A DNA stretch of 46,854 nt, from positions 1-46,854 of the forward strand of contig JAKPNH010000011.1 of the NCBI GenBank assembly GCA_029548485.1. Direction: 5' to 3'. Of this stretch, positions 8,690 through 17,271 are shown piece by piece. Within the stretch, counting starts at the first letter, position 1. Each line of letters begins with the position of its first letter. Origin of the DNA: a bacterium (lineage in GTDB: Bacteria; Patescibacteriota; Minisyncoccia; UBA6257; Colwellbacteraceae). Under the pieces are notes generated by a model. That model worked only from the letters and a program-made list of their open reading frames with translations. It was not told the DNA's origin and did not search any database. The position numbers were made by a program, and so were the translations under genes.

Positions 8690-9429
8690 GATGCGGCTTG
8701 AAGCTGAAGTTTTTTATTGGTGTTGAACTGTTCGATGAAATAAAGCCGGCGGACGAGCGCCCGGATCCTTTCGTCGTTTTTGATTTTGTCTTTGTATAAT
8801 TTCATGATTTCGGATTTGATGAAGGCGCGGTAGTCGGCCAAAGATTCGAGCTCTTCCGGAACACCGATGTTCTTCTCGGCGATCCGCAAAGCCAATCCCG
8901 GGCGGCCGAAAGAGCTTGCGGCCGCGGCCTTGGCAGCGGCAACGGAAATCCCTTTTTCTTTTTCGAGCCAAACGGCGATTTTATCGCTTTCGACGCGGCT
9001 GAAATAAATCTTCCTGAAGCGCGAAACAAGCGTCGGAAGAAGCGTGTCCGGATTCCTCACGATCATCATAATAAGCGACTTTTCCGGAGGTTCTTCCGCG
9101 ATTTTCAAAAGGGCGTTTTCAGCTTGACTGGTCAGCGATTCCGCTTCGTCTATTATAACCGATCTGACTCCGGCGTTCACCGGCTTTTCCGAAAGGAATC
9201 TTTTGATCCTTCTTGCGGCGTCGATGCCGATCGAATCTTTTTCGTCCGGCCTCACGACCAGAAGCTCGGTCAGGGTCCGGGAATCCGGCTCGAGGCGCTT
9301 GGCAATCGATTCGGCGAAAGAGAATTTTCCCGTTTCCGATTCCCCGAAAAAGATATAGCTTCCCGAAAGCTCTCCCGCTTTCATGAGCTTGTCGAAAAAC
9401 TTTTGCTGGCGTTCGTGGCCGATGATCAT
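8677..9429 (-). CDS. holB: DNA polymerase III delta-prime-like clamp-loader subunit
   Basis: GHE...SYIFFGESETGKFS (degenerate P-loop), VIIDEAESL, NALLKIAEEPPEKSL and LPTLVSRF. Confidence 0.75.
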   Translation of the reverse strand: MIIGHERQQKFFDKLMKAGELSGSYIFFGESETGKFSFAESIAKRLEPDSRTLTELLVVRPDEKDSIGIDAARRIKRFLSEKPVNAGVRSVIIDEAESLTSQAENALLKIAEEPPEKSLIMMIVRNPDTLLPTLVSRFRKIYFSRVESDKIAVWLEKEKGISVAAAKAAAASSFGRPGLALRIAEKNIGVPEELESLADYRAFIKSEIMKLYKDKIKNDERIRALVRRLYFIEQFNTNKKLQLQAASWTR

Positions 9430-10443
9430 CTAGGCGCTCTTGTTCAGTAAAGTTTTCTTGTAGGTTTCGAGATGGTTCAAGATCATTCCCGATCCCTTGG
9501 CGACGCACAAGATGGCATCCTCGGCGATATAGGCTTCGACGCCCAATATCCGCGTCAAAAACTGGTCGATGTTCCGCAGATCGGCGCCGCCTCCGGAAAT
9601 GATGATGCCTTTTTCCATAATGTCCGCCACCAGTTCCGGCGGCGTCTCGTTGAAAACGTTCTGCACCGAACTGGCGATTTCGAGCAAGAGCGGGTTCAGG
9701 GCTTCGGCGATTTCGTTCGAGTTGACGACCACGTCTTTTGGAAGCCCGGAAACCAGGTCTCGGCCCCGGATCTCGAATTCCAAACGGGTGTTTTTGATGG
9801 GAATAGCCGATCCGGCCGCGATTTTGGCCGCCTCGGCCGTCTGCTCTCCGATGGCCAAAGAATATTTCTTCTTGATGAAATCAATGATGGCCTGGTCGAA
9901 TTTGTTTCCGGCGATGCGCAGGCTAGACCAACAGACGATGCTTCCCAAAGAGATGACGGCCACTTCACTCGTTCCTCCGCCGATATTGACGGTCATGTTG
10001 CCCGAAGAAGAATTGATGGGGATTCCGGCTCCGAGAGCGGCCAGAAGCGGCTCTCTCACGACGTAGGCGTTTTTGGCTCCGGCTTCGATGGCCGCGTTGA
10101 TCACCGCTCGGCGTTCGGTCGGCGTGATCCCGGCCGGAACCGAAATGACGACATCCGGCTTCACCAAATTGAAAGATCCGACCGCCTGGTTGATGAAATA
10201 TTTCAACATCGCCCGAGTGATGTAGTAATCGGCGATGACGCCGTCTTTGAGGGGCCTGTAGGCGGCGATGTCGCCCGGAGTGCGGCCGATCATTTCTTTG
10301 GCTTCCTTGCCCACGGCCAGGACTTTATTTTCCGGCAGGCTCAAAGCGACGATCGTCGGCTCGTTGATGGCAAAACCTTTTCCCGGAACAAAAACCACGG
10401 TGTTCGTGGTTCCCAAATCTATTCCTATCTGCCTGGTTAGCAT
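9430..10443 (-). CDS. Second MreB/Mbl-family actin homologue
   Basis: Contains [29 protein letters not shown] and IISGGGADL. It is clearly paralogous to the 4914-5957 gene. Confidence 0.9.
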   Translation of the reverse strand: MLTRQIGIDLGTTNTVVFVPGKGFAINEPTIVALSLPENKVLAVGKEAKEMIGRTPGDIAAYRPLKDGVIADYYITRAMLKYFINQAVGSFNLVKPDVVISVPAGITPTERRAVINAAIEAGAKNAYVVREPLLAALGAGIPINSSSGNMTVNIGGGTSEVAVISLGSIVCWSSLRIAGNKFDQAIIDFIKKKYSLAIGEQTAEAAKIAAGSAIPIKNTRLEFEIRGRDLVSGLPKDVVVNSNEIAEALNPLLLEIASSVQNVFNETPPELVADIMEKGIIISGGGADLRNIDQFLTRILGVEAYIAEDAILCVAKGSGMILNHLETYKKTLLNKSA

Positions 10444-10449
10444 AGAACC

Positions 10450-10478
10450 ATATTAGCTTAAGAAAAATTGGCTGTCTA
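10450..10478 (-). promoter_or_regulatory. Promoter TAGACA-17-TAATAT. The -10 ends 6 nt before the ATG of the second mreB.
   Basis: Minus strand reads TAGACA gccaatttttcttaagc TAATAT ggttct ATG. Confidence 0.5.
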
Positions 10479-10518
10479 TCGGATCGTCAGAAAAAACGCT
10501 ATCGGTCAAATTTCTATT

Positions 10519-11277
10519 TCAAGTCAGTATCTTCGGACCGGATTTCAAGACAGCGATGGTATGCTCGAAATGGGCCGCCAAACCTCCGCGTCTCAACCGG
10601 TAGCTGCCGTCCGGAGCGGCCATTATTTCCGGATGGCCGATGCAAAACATCGGTTCCAACGCCAAAACCATGCCTTCTTTGAGGATAAGGCCGCTTCCGG
10701 GATCGCCGAAATTATCGATCATCGGATCTTCGTGGGGCGCGAACCCCACTCCGTGCCCGCCCAATCCTTCGACGACGTCGAATCCGTAGCGCAAAGCAGT
10801 TTTCTCGATGACCGAACCGATGTCTCCGAGGGTCCGGCCGGGTTTGGCCATCTTGATTCCCCGCATCAAGGCTTCTTCGGTCGCTTTGACGAGTAGTTTT
10901 ACTTTAGGAGTAGTTTTACCCGCGATGACGGTAACGGCCGAATCCGTGAAATAACCGTTCAAATCGATACCGAGATCGAGCTTCACCAAATCACCGGATC
11001 GGATGACGTAATCGCCCGGAACTCCGTGGACCACGGTGTCGTTTACGGAAACGCAGACGCTTACCGGAAAAGCTTTGATCGCTCCCTCGGGCCGGTAATT
11101 CAAAAAAGAAGGCTTGGCTTTGGCCGAAACGATCAGTTCCCGGGAAAGATCGTCGATCTCCTTTGTTTTCACTCCCGGCTTTACCGAAGATTCGAGACGC
11201 GCCAAAACCGCCCTTAAAATCCTTCCAGATTTGGCGAGCCCTTCGATGTCTTCTTTGTTTTTGAGCCTGATTTTCAA
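10519..11277 (-). CDS. map: Methionine aminopeptidase type I
   Basis: 252 aa with the pita-bread metal-ligand context (VVHG, DLVKLDLG, GHGVG, LALEP, EHT). Confidence 0.95.
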   Translation of the reverse strand: MKIRLKNKEDIEGLAKSGRILRAVLARLESSVKPGVKTKEIDDLSRELIVSAKAKPSFLNYRPEGAIKAFPVSVCVSVNDTVVHGVPGDYVIRSGDLVKLDLGIDLNGYFTDSAVTVIAGKTTPKVKLLVKATEEALMRGIKMAKPGRTLGDIGSVIEKTALRYGFDVVEGLGGHGVGFAPHEDPMIDNFGDPGSGLILKEGMVLALEPMFCIGHPEIMAAPDGSYRLRRGGLAAHFEHTIAVLKSGPKILT

Positions 11278-11284
11278 AACCTTG

Positions 11285-11929
11285 CTATCGGCGGCCGGCT
11301 GAAACTTTTACCCCGAATTTAGAAAGCGCCGCGGCGATGTCCTTGAAAACCCTTTCCCGTCTCGGTTTGCCGTCGATTTGAACGACTTTTATGCCGGCTT
11401 TTTTGAAGCCTTGGATGACCGGATAGCTCAATTTCTTGTAATTCCCGTATCTCACGCGGATGATCCTGGCTTCGTCGAGCCCGGGCCGGCCGCGCTTGGT
11501 GTTCCTTTTGACCGATTCGGAAACCGGAATGTTGATCTGGAAAACGATGATGTTTTCTTTTCCGTAAAGCTTTTCGACGACTTTCAAGAGGCCGGTCCGC
11601 TTCTTGTTCCCGAAAGTTTCGAGCATGGTGCGGAAAGATCCGCTGTAGATGATTCCTTTCCCTTGCTTGGCCAATTTTTTGGTAGCGGGAATGGTCAGGC
11701 GGTCGATCACCCAAAGAGGATCGACGAGTCCGCCGGAGAAAAAGGCTTTTCTCGCGGCTTCGATGCCGGGGAAATTATCGTATTTTTTCGACCGCACCAT
11801 TTTTTCTATTTCGGTCCCGCCGTCGAACAAGGCGAATCCTTTGGTCGCTTTTTTGATGAAAGCCGCTTGAGTCCCTTTTCCCGAGCCCGGAGGCCCGAAC
11901 AAAACAATGACTTTGGGCTGTTTTTTCAT
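11285..11929 (-). CDS. adk: Adenylate kinase, divergent
   Basis: P-loop LFGPPGSGKGTQ and GGLVDP. Lies in the canonical slot between secY and map. The NMP-binding and LID regions are diverged and there is no Zn lid. Confidence 0.7.
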   Translation of the reverse strand: MKKQPKVIVLFGPPGSGKGTQAAFIKKATKGFALFDGGTEIEKMVRSKKYDNFPGIEAARKAFFSGGLVDPLWVIDRLTIPATKKLAKQGKGIIYSGSFRTMLETFGNKKRTGLLKVVEKLYGKENIIVFQINIPVSESVKRNTKRGRPGLDEARIIRVRYGNYKKLSYPVIQGFKKAGIKVVQIDGKPRRERVFKDIAAALSKFGVKVSAGRR

Positions 11930-11930
11930 G

Positions 11931-13262
11931 TTAAGCGATTTCGTATTCCCTGATCTTCAGCTCCGAATCTATTTGTTTGGCGGTCTCGAGCGCCACGGAA
12001 ACGACGATCAAAAGCCCGGTGCCGCCGATCGTCATGTTGGCCACTTTGGTTATCGCCTGGACGATCGAAGGAAGAACGGCGATGACGCCCAAAAAGAGCG
12101 CTCCGAAAAGAGTCAGTTTGGCGATGATCGAGTTCAGGTATTCGGCGGTGGAAGCGCCCGGTCTGATGCCCTGGATAAACCCTCCGTTCCTCTGGAGGTT
12201 CTTGGCTATTTCATTCGGCTCGAAAACGATGAAAGTGTAAAAATAAGTGAAAGCGAAAACCATGACGAAATAAAGAAGACCGTTCCAAAGTGGATTGGCA
12301 AGAGTGGCCTCGATGAAATCGGCCGTTTTGATCGCCCAACCTATGTCCAGGGAACGGAGCCCGAGACCGAGATATTGCGGCAGCATCAGTATGGAGATGG
12401 CGAAGATGATCGGAATGACTCCGGCCTGGTTTACCCTCAAAGGAAGATAGGTGGTCGATCCCCCGAAAACCCGGTTGCCTCGCACCCTTTTGGCGTAGGC
12501 CACCGGTATTTTCCGTTCGCCTTCGTTCACCAAAACGACTCCGGCGACGACCACGAGAGCCAAAGCCAAAAGAATCAAAACCTTATCGATGCCGATGCCG
12601 AGAAGGGTGCCCGTCGATTGGTATTGCCCGACCATCACGAGAATTTGCGTGATGATGGATCGCGGCAAGCCGCTCACGATTCCGGCGACGATGATCAGGG
12701 AGATCCCGTCTCCCAATTTCTGTTCGCTGATCATCTCTCCGATCCAGATCATGATGAGCGATCCGGCGACGATAAAAAGCAGATTGAGCGCCATGGCCGG
12801 CAATTCCATGGCGGTGATGATGCCTCCTTGGGCCGCGAGATATTTGAGGAAAGCGAATCCTTGGACCAAGGCGAGCGGGACCGTCAAGTAGCGGCCGAGC
12901 CGTTGGAATTTGGCCCGTCCGACGGCTCCGTTTTCGTAATAATATTCCTTGAGCTTCGGAAAAATCATGGTGAGAAGCTGGAGAATGATGGTGGCGGTGA
13001 TATAGGGGCTTACCCCGAGCATGCCGATCGAGAGCTTATCCAAAGCGCCTCCGGAAATGAGGTTAAGGTAGCCGAAGATGTTGCCCAAAAGAGCGCGGTT
13101 AACCGCTCCTTCCTCGGCCAAGCCGGCTTTGTATTGGGCGATGTCCACCGCCGGAATGGGCAATAAAACGATGATCCTTGTCGCCACGAGCAGCAAGATC
13201 ACCATAAGGAACCGGCGACGCAGCTCCGGCACTTTCAGGAACTGGACGAATTTATTTAGCAT
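11931..13262 (-). CDS. secY: Preprotein translocase subunit SecY
   Basis: 443 aa with 10 hydrophobic segments. N-terminus ...ELRRRFLMVILLLVATRIIVLLPIPAVD is typical, and the gene is in the canonical position. Confidence 0.95.
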   Translation of the reverse strand: MLNKFVQFLKVPELRRRFLMVILLLVATRIIVLLPIPAVDIAQYKAGLAEEGAVNRALLGNIFGYLNLISGGALDKLSIGMLGVSPYITATIILQLLTMIFPKLKEYYYENGAVGRAKFQRLGRYLTVPLALVQGFAFLKYLAAQGGIITAMELPAMALNLLFIVAGSLIMIWIGEMISEQKLGDGISLIIVAGIVSGLPRSIITQILVMVGQYQSTGTLLGIGIDKVLILLALALVVVAGVVLVNEGERKIPVAYAKRVRGNRVFGGSTTYLPLRVNQAGVIPIIFAISILMLPQYLGLGLRSLDIGWAIKTADFIEATLANPLWNGLLYFVMVFAFTYFYTFIVFEPNEIAKNLQRNGGFIQGIRPGASTAEYLNSIIAKLTLFGALFLGVIAVLPSIVQAITKVANMTIGGTGLLIVVSVALETAKQIDSELKIREYEIA

Positions 13263-13446
13263 CGTGTTTGCCGCGGAGTTTTGGCAACCTTTGGATAAAG
13301 TCGCGTTCGGCCGGACGGATCTTGTGGCCGGCCCTCGATTTCTGACCCTTCTGTCCGCGGCCTCCGGTTTTACCCCGTTTTCCTCCGCGGCCGATCCTTT
13401 TCTTATCCGGATTCTGATGGGTTGTTTTCAAAAGATGTAATTGCAT
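13252..13446 (-). CDS. rplO: Ribosomal protein uL15, N-terminal extension only (64 aa)
   Basis: GRGGKRGKTGGRGQKGQKSRAG...RLPKLRG matches the N-terminal third of L15. The ORF then stops, overlapping the secY start by 11 nt. Confidence 0.75.
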   Translation of the reverse strand: MQLHLLKTTHQNPDKKRIGRGGKRGKTGGRGQKGQKSRAGHKIRPAERDFIQRLPKLRGKHDAK

Positions 13447-13449
13447 GGA

Positions 13450-13920
13450 TTAAGAAACGGCTTTGGTCGTTTTTATTTTTTTCAAAGCGGCGATGGTCGC
13501 CATGGCGGTCGTCAACTTGTTCTTGGTGCTGCCCAGAGACTTCGCGGAGATGTCTTTCACGCCCGCGAGGAGCAAAACCGTGCGGACCGCGCCTCCGGCC
13601 AGAAGTCCGTGTCCGGGTTTGGCCGGCTTCAGAAGCACTTCGGCGGCGCTCGCCTTCGCTTTCACTTCGTGCGGAATGGTGCCGCCTTGTATTCTGACGC
13701 GGAAAAGGTTCTTTTTGGCCGCGGCTCTCGCTTTTTGGACGGCCTGCTGGACGTCCAATCCTTTGGCCACGCCGAGCCCGACAGAGCCTTTGCCGTCGCC
13801 GACGACGACCGTCGCCCTGAATCTGAATCTTTTGCCTCCGGCGACCACCCTCGTTACGCGGCGCAGATCGAGCACCTGATCCTCGTAATCGTCCCTGATT
13901 GTTTTTCTGTAACCGTTCAT
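13450..13920 (-). CDS. rpsE: Ribosomal protein uS5
   Basis: Contains VTRVVAGGKRFRFRATVVVGDGKGSVGLG and lies in operon order. Confidence 0.95.
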   Translation of the reverse strand: MNGYRKTIRDDYEDQVLDLRRVTRVVAGGKRFRFRATVVVGDGKGSVGLGVAKGLDVQQAVQKARAAAKKNLFRVRIQGGTIPHEVKAKASAAEVLLKPAKPGHGLLAGGAVRTVLLLAGVKDISAKSLGSTKNKLTTAMATIAALKKIKTTKAVS

Positions 13921-13923
13921 TGT

Positions 13924-14277
13924 TTAAATCTCCAAGCCGCCTTTTCTCGCGCCTTCGGCGACGTTTTTCACTCGACCGTGATATTTGTAAGCTCCCCTGT
14001 CGAAAACCATTTTGGAAACTCCTATTTTTTTGGCTTTCTCGGCTATCAATTCCCCGAGCTTCATGGCTTTTTCCGATTTGGTTCCTTTAAGATCCAATTC
14101 TTTGGTCGAAGCCGAAACCAAGGTGACGCCTTTGACGTCGTCGATCGCTTGCAGAAAGATGTTCCGGTTTCCCCTTTTGACCGACAAACGCGGCATCGCG
14201 GCCGTTCCCCTGATCTTGCTCCGGGTCCGCGCCTGCCTCCTTGCCACTCTTTGGTTTTGAAGTTTGGTTGGTTTCAT
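13924..14277 (-). CDS. rplR: Ribosomal protein uL18
   Basis: Contains RLSVKRGNRNIFLQAIDD and FDRGAYKYHGRVKNVAEGARKGGLEI. Confidence 0.95.
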   Translation of the reverse strand: MKPTKLQNQRVARRQARTRSKIRGTAAMPRLSVKRGNRNIFLQAIDDVKGVTLVSASTKELDLKGTKSEKAMKLGELIAEKAKKIGVSKMVFDRGAYKYHGRVKNVAEGARKGGLEI

Positions 14278-14285
14278 TTGGATAA

Positions 14286-14840
14286 TTAAGCCGCTTTGGC
14301 GGTCGTTCCGGCGACTTTCTTGCCGGCTTTCCTTCTCACGACTTCGTCGACGTACATCACGCCCTTGCCGAGATATGGTTCGGGTTTCTTGAACGAGCGG
14401 ATCTTGGCCGCGGTTTCTCCGACCAGGAATTTGTCGGCTCCGGCAACGGTGATGATGTTTTTGTCGACGGACGCCTTGATTCCTCTCGGCACTGCCAAAA
14501 CGATCGGGTGGGAAAAGCCGAGGTTCAAGACCAAGTTTTCCCCGTCAATCGCCGCCTTGAATCCGATGCCTTCGATTTTCAGGCTCTTGGAAAAATCCTT
14601 GGCCGCTCCGGAGACGGCGTTCGCGGTCAAAGCCCGCATCGTGCCCCAGTTGGCCCGGGTCTTGTCGGAATCGTCGGTCGTCGTAAAAACGATCTCGCCT
14701 TCTTTGATTTCGGCCGCGATGCCCGGAAGCATTTTCACCTCGAGGTCGGCGTTCGGTCCGGAGACCTTCAAAACGCCGTCCTCCAAAGAGGCTTTCACGC
14801 CTTCGATCATCTTCACCGGTTGTTTTCCGATTTTCGACAT
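14286..14840 (-). CDS. rplF: Ribosomal protein uL6
   Basis: Start MSKIGKQPV at ATG 14840, 5 nt after the rpsH stop. The track start at 14852 would overlap rpsH. Two L6 repeats are visible. Confidence 0.9.
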   Translation of the reverse strand: MSKIGKQPVKMIEGVKASLEDGVLKVSGPNADLEVKMLPGIAAEIKEGEIVFTTTDDSDKTRANWGTMRALTANAVSGAAKDFSKSLKIEGIGFKAAIDGENLVLNLGFSHPIVLAVPRGIKASVDKNIITVAGADKFLVGETAAKIRSFKKPEPYLGKGVMYVDEVVRRKAGKKVAGTTAKAA

Positions 14841-14845
14841 GTTGA

Positions 14846-15226
14846 TTACCAAATTTCGAATAAAATCTCTCCGCCGACTTTTTGCTTCCTCGCCTCAGCG
14901 TCGCTCAAAATCCCTTTCGGAGTCGAGAAAAAATAATTGCCGTATCCCTGGTGGGAAGGCCTGATTTCCTTGTATCCACGGTAAAGCCTTCTCGAAGGCT
15001 TGCTCCAAAGTTTGATCTCGGAAAAAACCGGATTGGCTTTGTCCTCTTTGAGTTCGATGGCGATCACTTTTTTCAAGCTCCTTCCTTTTTTCTCGACGGA
15101 AGCGAGATAGCCGGCTTTGACCAGGGCTTCGAGGACGGCCATGTCCATTTTCGAAAAAGGAACCTTCAAAGATTTCTTTCCGGCGAGCTTCGCGTTTTTG
15201 ATTTTTACGAGAGTCTGTATGTACAT
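14846..15226 (-). CDS. rpsH: Ribosomal protein uS8
   Basis: In operon order, with a typical C-terminus (GGEILFEIW). Confidence 0.95.
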   Translation of the reverse strand: MYIQTLVKIKNAKLAGKKSLKVPFSKMDMAVLEALVKAGYLASVEKKGRSLKKVIAIELKEDKANPVFSEIKLWSKPSRRLYRGYKEIRPSHQGYGNYFFSTPKGILSDAEARKQKVGGEILFEIW

Positions 15227-15227
15227 T

Positions 15228-15413
15228 TTACCAAGACGCTTTTCTCACTCCCGGAATCTGGCCTTTGGAAGCCATTTCGCGGAAACAGATCCGGCAAAGC
15301 CCGAAATCGCGCAGATATCCGTGCTTGCGTCCGCAGCGAAAACACCGCCTGACTTCGCGGGTGCTGAATTTGGGCTTTTTGCGCGCTCTCGCTATGACTG
15401 ATTCCTTGGCCAT
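15228..15413 (-). CDS. rpsN: Ribosomal protein uS14, short zinc-binding (type Z) form
   Basis: 61 aa, with CFRCGRKHG...CRICFRE. Confidence 0.95.
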   Translation of the reverse strand: MAKESVIARARKKPKFSTREVRRCFRCGRKHGYLRDFGLCRICFREMASKGQIPGVRKASW

Positions 15414-15422
15414 TTTCTTGTT

Positions 15423-15902
15423 TTACTTTGCTAATGGTATCCCTTGTGACCTATAAAAATCAATAGCTTTTTCCTTGTTTTTCAGGCGGCTGACGAGCGT
15501 CACTTCGATACCGAAATTGACGCGGCTCGTTTCCGGATTGATTTCCGGAAAAACCAGCTGGTCCCTGAACCCAAAAGACAGATTGCCGTTCTTGTCGATG
15601 CTCTTCGGGCTCAACCCTCTGAAGTCTCTCACCCGCGGCAGAACGACGTTCACCACCCTCGCGAGGAAATCGTCCATCCTTTTTCCCCTCAAGACGGCTT
15701 TCAATCCGACGACTTCGCCTTGGCGGACCTTGAACCCGGCGATGGATTTTTTCGCTTTGGTGATCGCCGGCTTCTGGCCGGTGATGGCGGCGAATTCCTT
15801 CATGATCTCCGGAAGGATTTTCTCCTCGAACTGCGGGCTCGCGAGCCTCAATTTGCCGACGCCGGCGGAAACGATGATTTTTTCTAAATAGTCGCTTTGC
15901 AT
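15423..15902 (-). CDS. rplE: Ribosomal protein uL5 (N-terminally short)
   Basis: Contains KIIVSAGVG...AITGQKPAITKAKKSIAGFKVRQG. At 159 aa it lacks about 20 aa found at the N-terminus of typical L5. Confidence 0.9.
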   Translation of the reverse strand: MQSDYLEKIIVSAGVGKLRLASPQFEEKILPEIMKEFAAITGQKPAITKAKKSIAGFKVRQGEVVGLKAVLRGKRMDDFLARVVNVVLPRVRDFRGLSPKSIDKNGNLSFGFRDQLVFPEINPETSRVNFGIEVTLVSRLKNKEKAIDFYRSQGIPLAK

Positions 15903-16189
15903 TTTTTACAATATCTTGCTTTTTTCTCTTTCTCGATCCGGTATCCGACCCGACTGCGCTTTCCGCATTTCGGGCAGACCAAACTGACGTTCGAAACGGC
16001 GATCGGCCGGGAAATCGTGATGATCTGGCCTTTTTCGCCTTCTTTTTTCGGCTTGACCGCTTTTTTGTATTGGTTCACGCCGGAAACGACGATTCTCCCG
16101 AGCTTGGAATCGACTTTAAGGATTTTGCCGGATTTGCCGGCGTCTTTCCCTTTCAGTATGTAAACGTTGTCGTTCTTCTTGATGTTCAT
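15884..16189 (-). CDS. rplX: Ribosomal protein uL24 with a C-terminal CxxC...CxxC
   Basis: KOW motif (DNVYILKGKDAGKSGKI), then CPKCGKRSRV...YCKKCKATI. Confidence 0.9.
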   Translation of the reverse strand: MNIKKNDNVYILKGKDAGKSGKILKVDSKLGRIVVSGVNQYKKAVKPKKEGEKGQIITISRPIAVSNVSLVCPKCGKRSRVGYRIEKEKKARYCKKCKATI

Positions 16190-16193
16190 GTTC

Positions 16194-16562
16194 TTAAACT
16201 ATTTCCTGGGCCAGGGAAACGATTTTCTCGAATCCTTTTTCCTTGAGCTCCCTCGGGATCGGCCCGAAGATCCTCGTCCCCAAAGGCTCTTTTTTGACGC
16301 TCACGATCACCGCCGAATTGTCGTCGAAGCGGACGTAGAGTCCGCCCTTCCTTCTGATGGCGTTTCTGGTGCGGACGACGACGGCTTTGACGATGTCCTT
16401 TTTCTTGATGTTCTTGCGGGGTTCGACGGTCTGCACCGAAGCGACGATGATGTCGCCGATTTTGGCGTAACGCTTGCGGCTCCCGCCCAGGACCCGAAAA
16501 CACCGGATGGTCTTCGCCCCGGAATTGTCCGCTATTTTCAATATGGATCTTTCCTGAATCAT
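16194..16562 (-). CDS. rplN: Ribosomal protein uL14
   Basis: [17 protein letters not shown]... is a near-canonical L14. Confidence 0.97.
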   Translation of the reverse strand: MIQERSILKIADNSGAKTIRCFRVLGGSRKRYAKIGDIIVASVQTVEPRKNIKKKDIVKAVVVRTRNAIRRKGGLYVRFDDNSAVIVSVKKEPLGTRIFGPIPRELKEKGFEKIVSLAQEIV

Positions 16563-16563
16563 G

Positions 16564-16827
16564 TTAGGCTGTTTTGGAAACGACTTTCCAGCGTTTTTCC
16601 TTGGAAAGGGGTATTGTCTCTTCGATCACGACCTTGTCTCCGATCTTGTAAAGCCCGTCTTCGGCTTCGGCTTTGAAGCGGCTGTTCTTGGTGTAATACT
16701 TCTCGTATTTCGGATTTTTGCGGGTATGGGAAACCTCGACCACCACGGTCTTTTGCATTTTGTCCGAGACGACGACTCCCCCGAATCTGCGGCGGGAACT
16801 TATTTTTTGGATGTTGTTTTCTTCCAT
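16564..16827 (-). CDS. rpsQ: Ribosomal protein uS17
   Basis: Contains [16 protein letters not shown] and [20 protein letters not shown]. Confidence 0.95.
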   Translation of the reverse strand: MEENNIQKISSRRRFGGVVVSDKMQKTVVVEVSHTRKNPKYEKYYTKNSRFKAEAEDGLYKIGDKVVIEETIPLSKEKRWKVVSKTA

Positions 16828-16837
16828 GTTTTTAAAA

Positions 16838-17251
16838 TTAGGATTTTTTGATGATTCTCGTTTTAAAAGGAAGCTTGAATCCGGCGAGCCTCAAGGCACG
16901 TTCGGCCGTGGCTTCGCTCACTCCGTCCATTTCGAAAATCACTCTGCCCGGCTTCACCGAAAACACATAATGGTCGACGTTGCCCTTGCCTCCGCCCATG
17001 GTCACTTCCGGAGGCCTCTGGGTGACGGGCTTGTCCGGGAAAACCCGGATCCATATCTTTCCTTCCCTTTTGATGAAATTGGTCAAAGTTTTCCTGGCCG
17101 CCTCGATCTGCTTCGAATTCAGATATTTGGCTTCCAGGGCTTGCAGCCCAAAACTGCCGTGGCTAAGCGTCATGCCGCGTGTTTCGGCCTGCCGCTTCCG
17201 CGACCGGCCTTTCTGCCATTTGCGATGTTTGACTTTTTTGGGAATAAGCAT
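16838..17251 (-). CDS. rplP: Ribosomal protein uL16
   Basis: Starts MLIPKKVKHRK and contains GGGKGNVDHYVFSVKPGRVIFEM. Confidence 0.97.
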   Translation of the reverse strand: MLIPKKVKHRKWQKGRSRKRQAETRGMTLSHGSFGLQALEAKYLNSKQIEAARKTLTNFIKREGKIWIRVFPDKPVTQRPPEVTMGGGKGNVDHYVFSVKPGRVIFEMDGVSEATAERALRLAGFKLPFKTRIIKKS

Positions 17252-17271
17252 GGAAGTTCAGATGGAGTATT

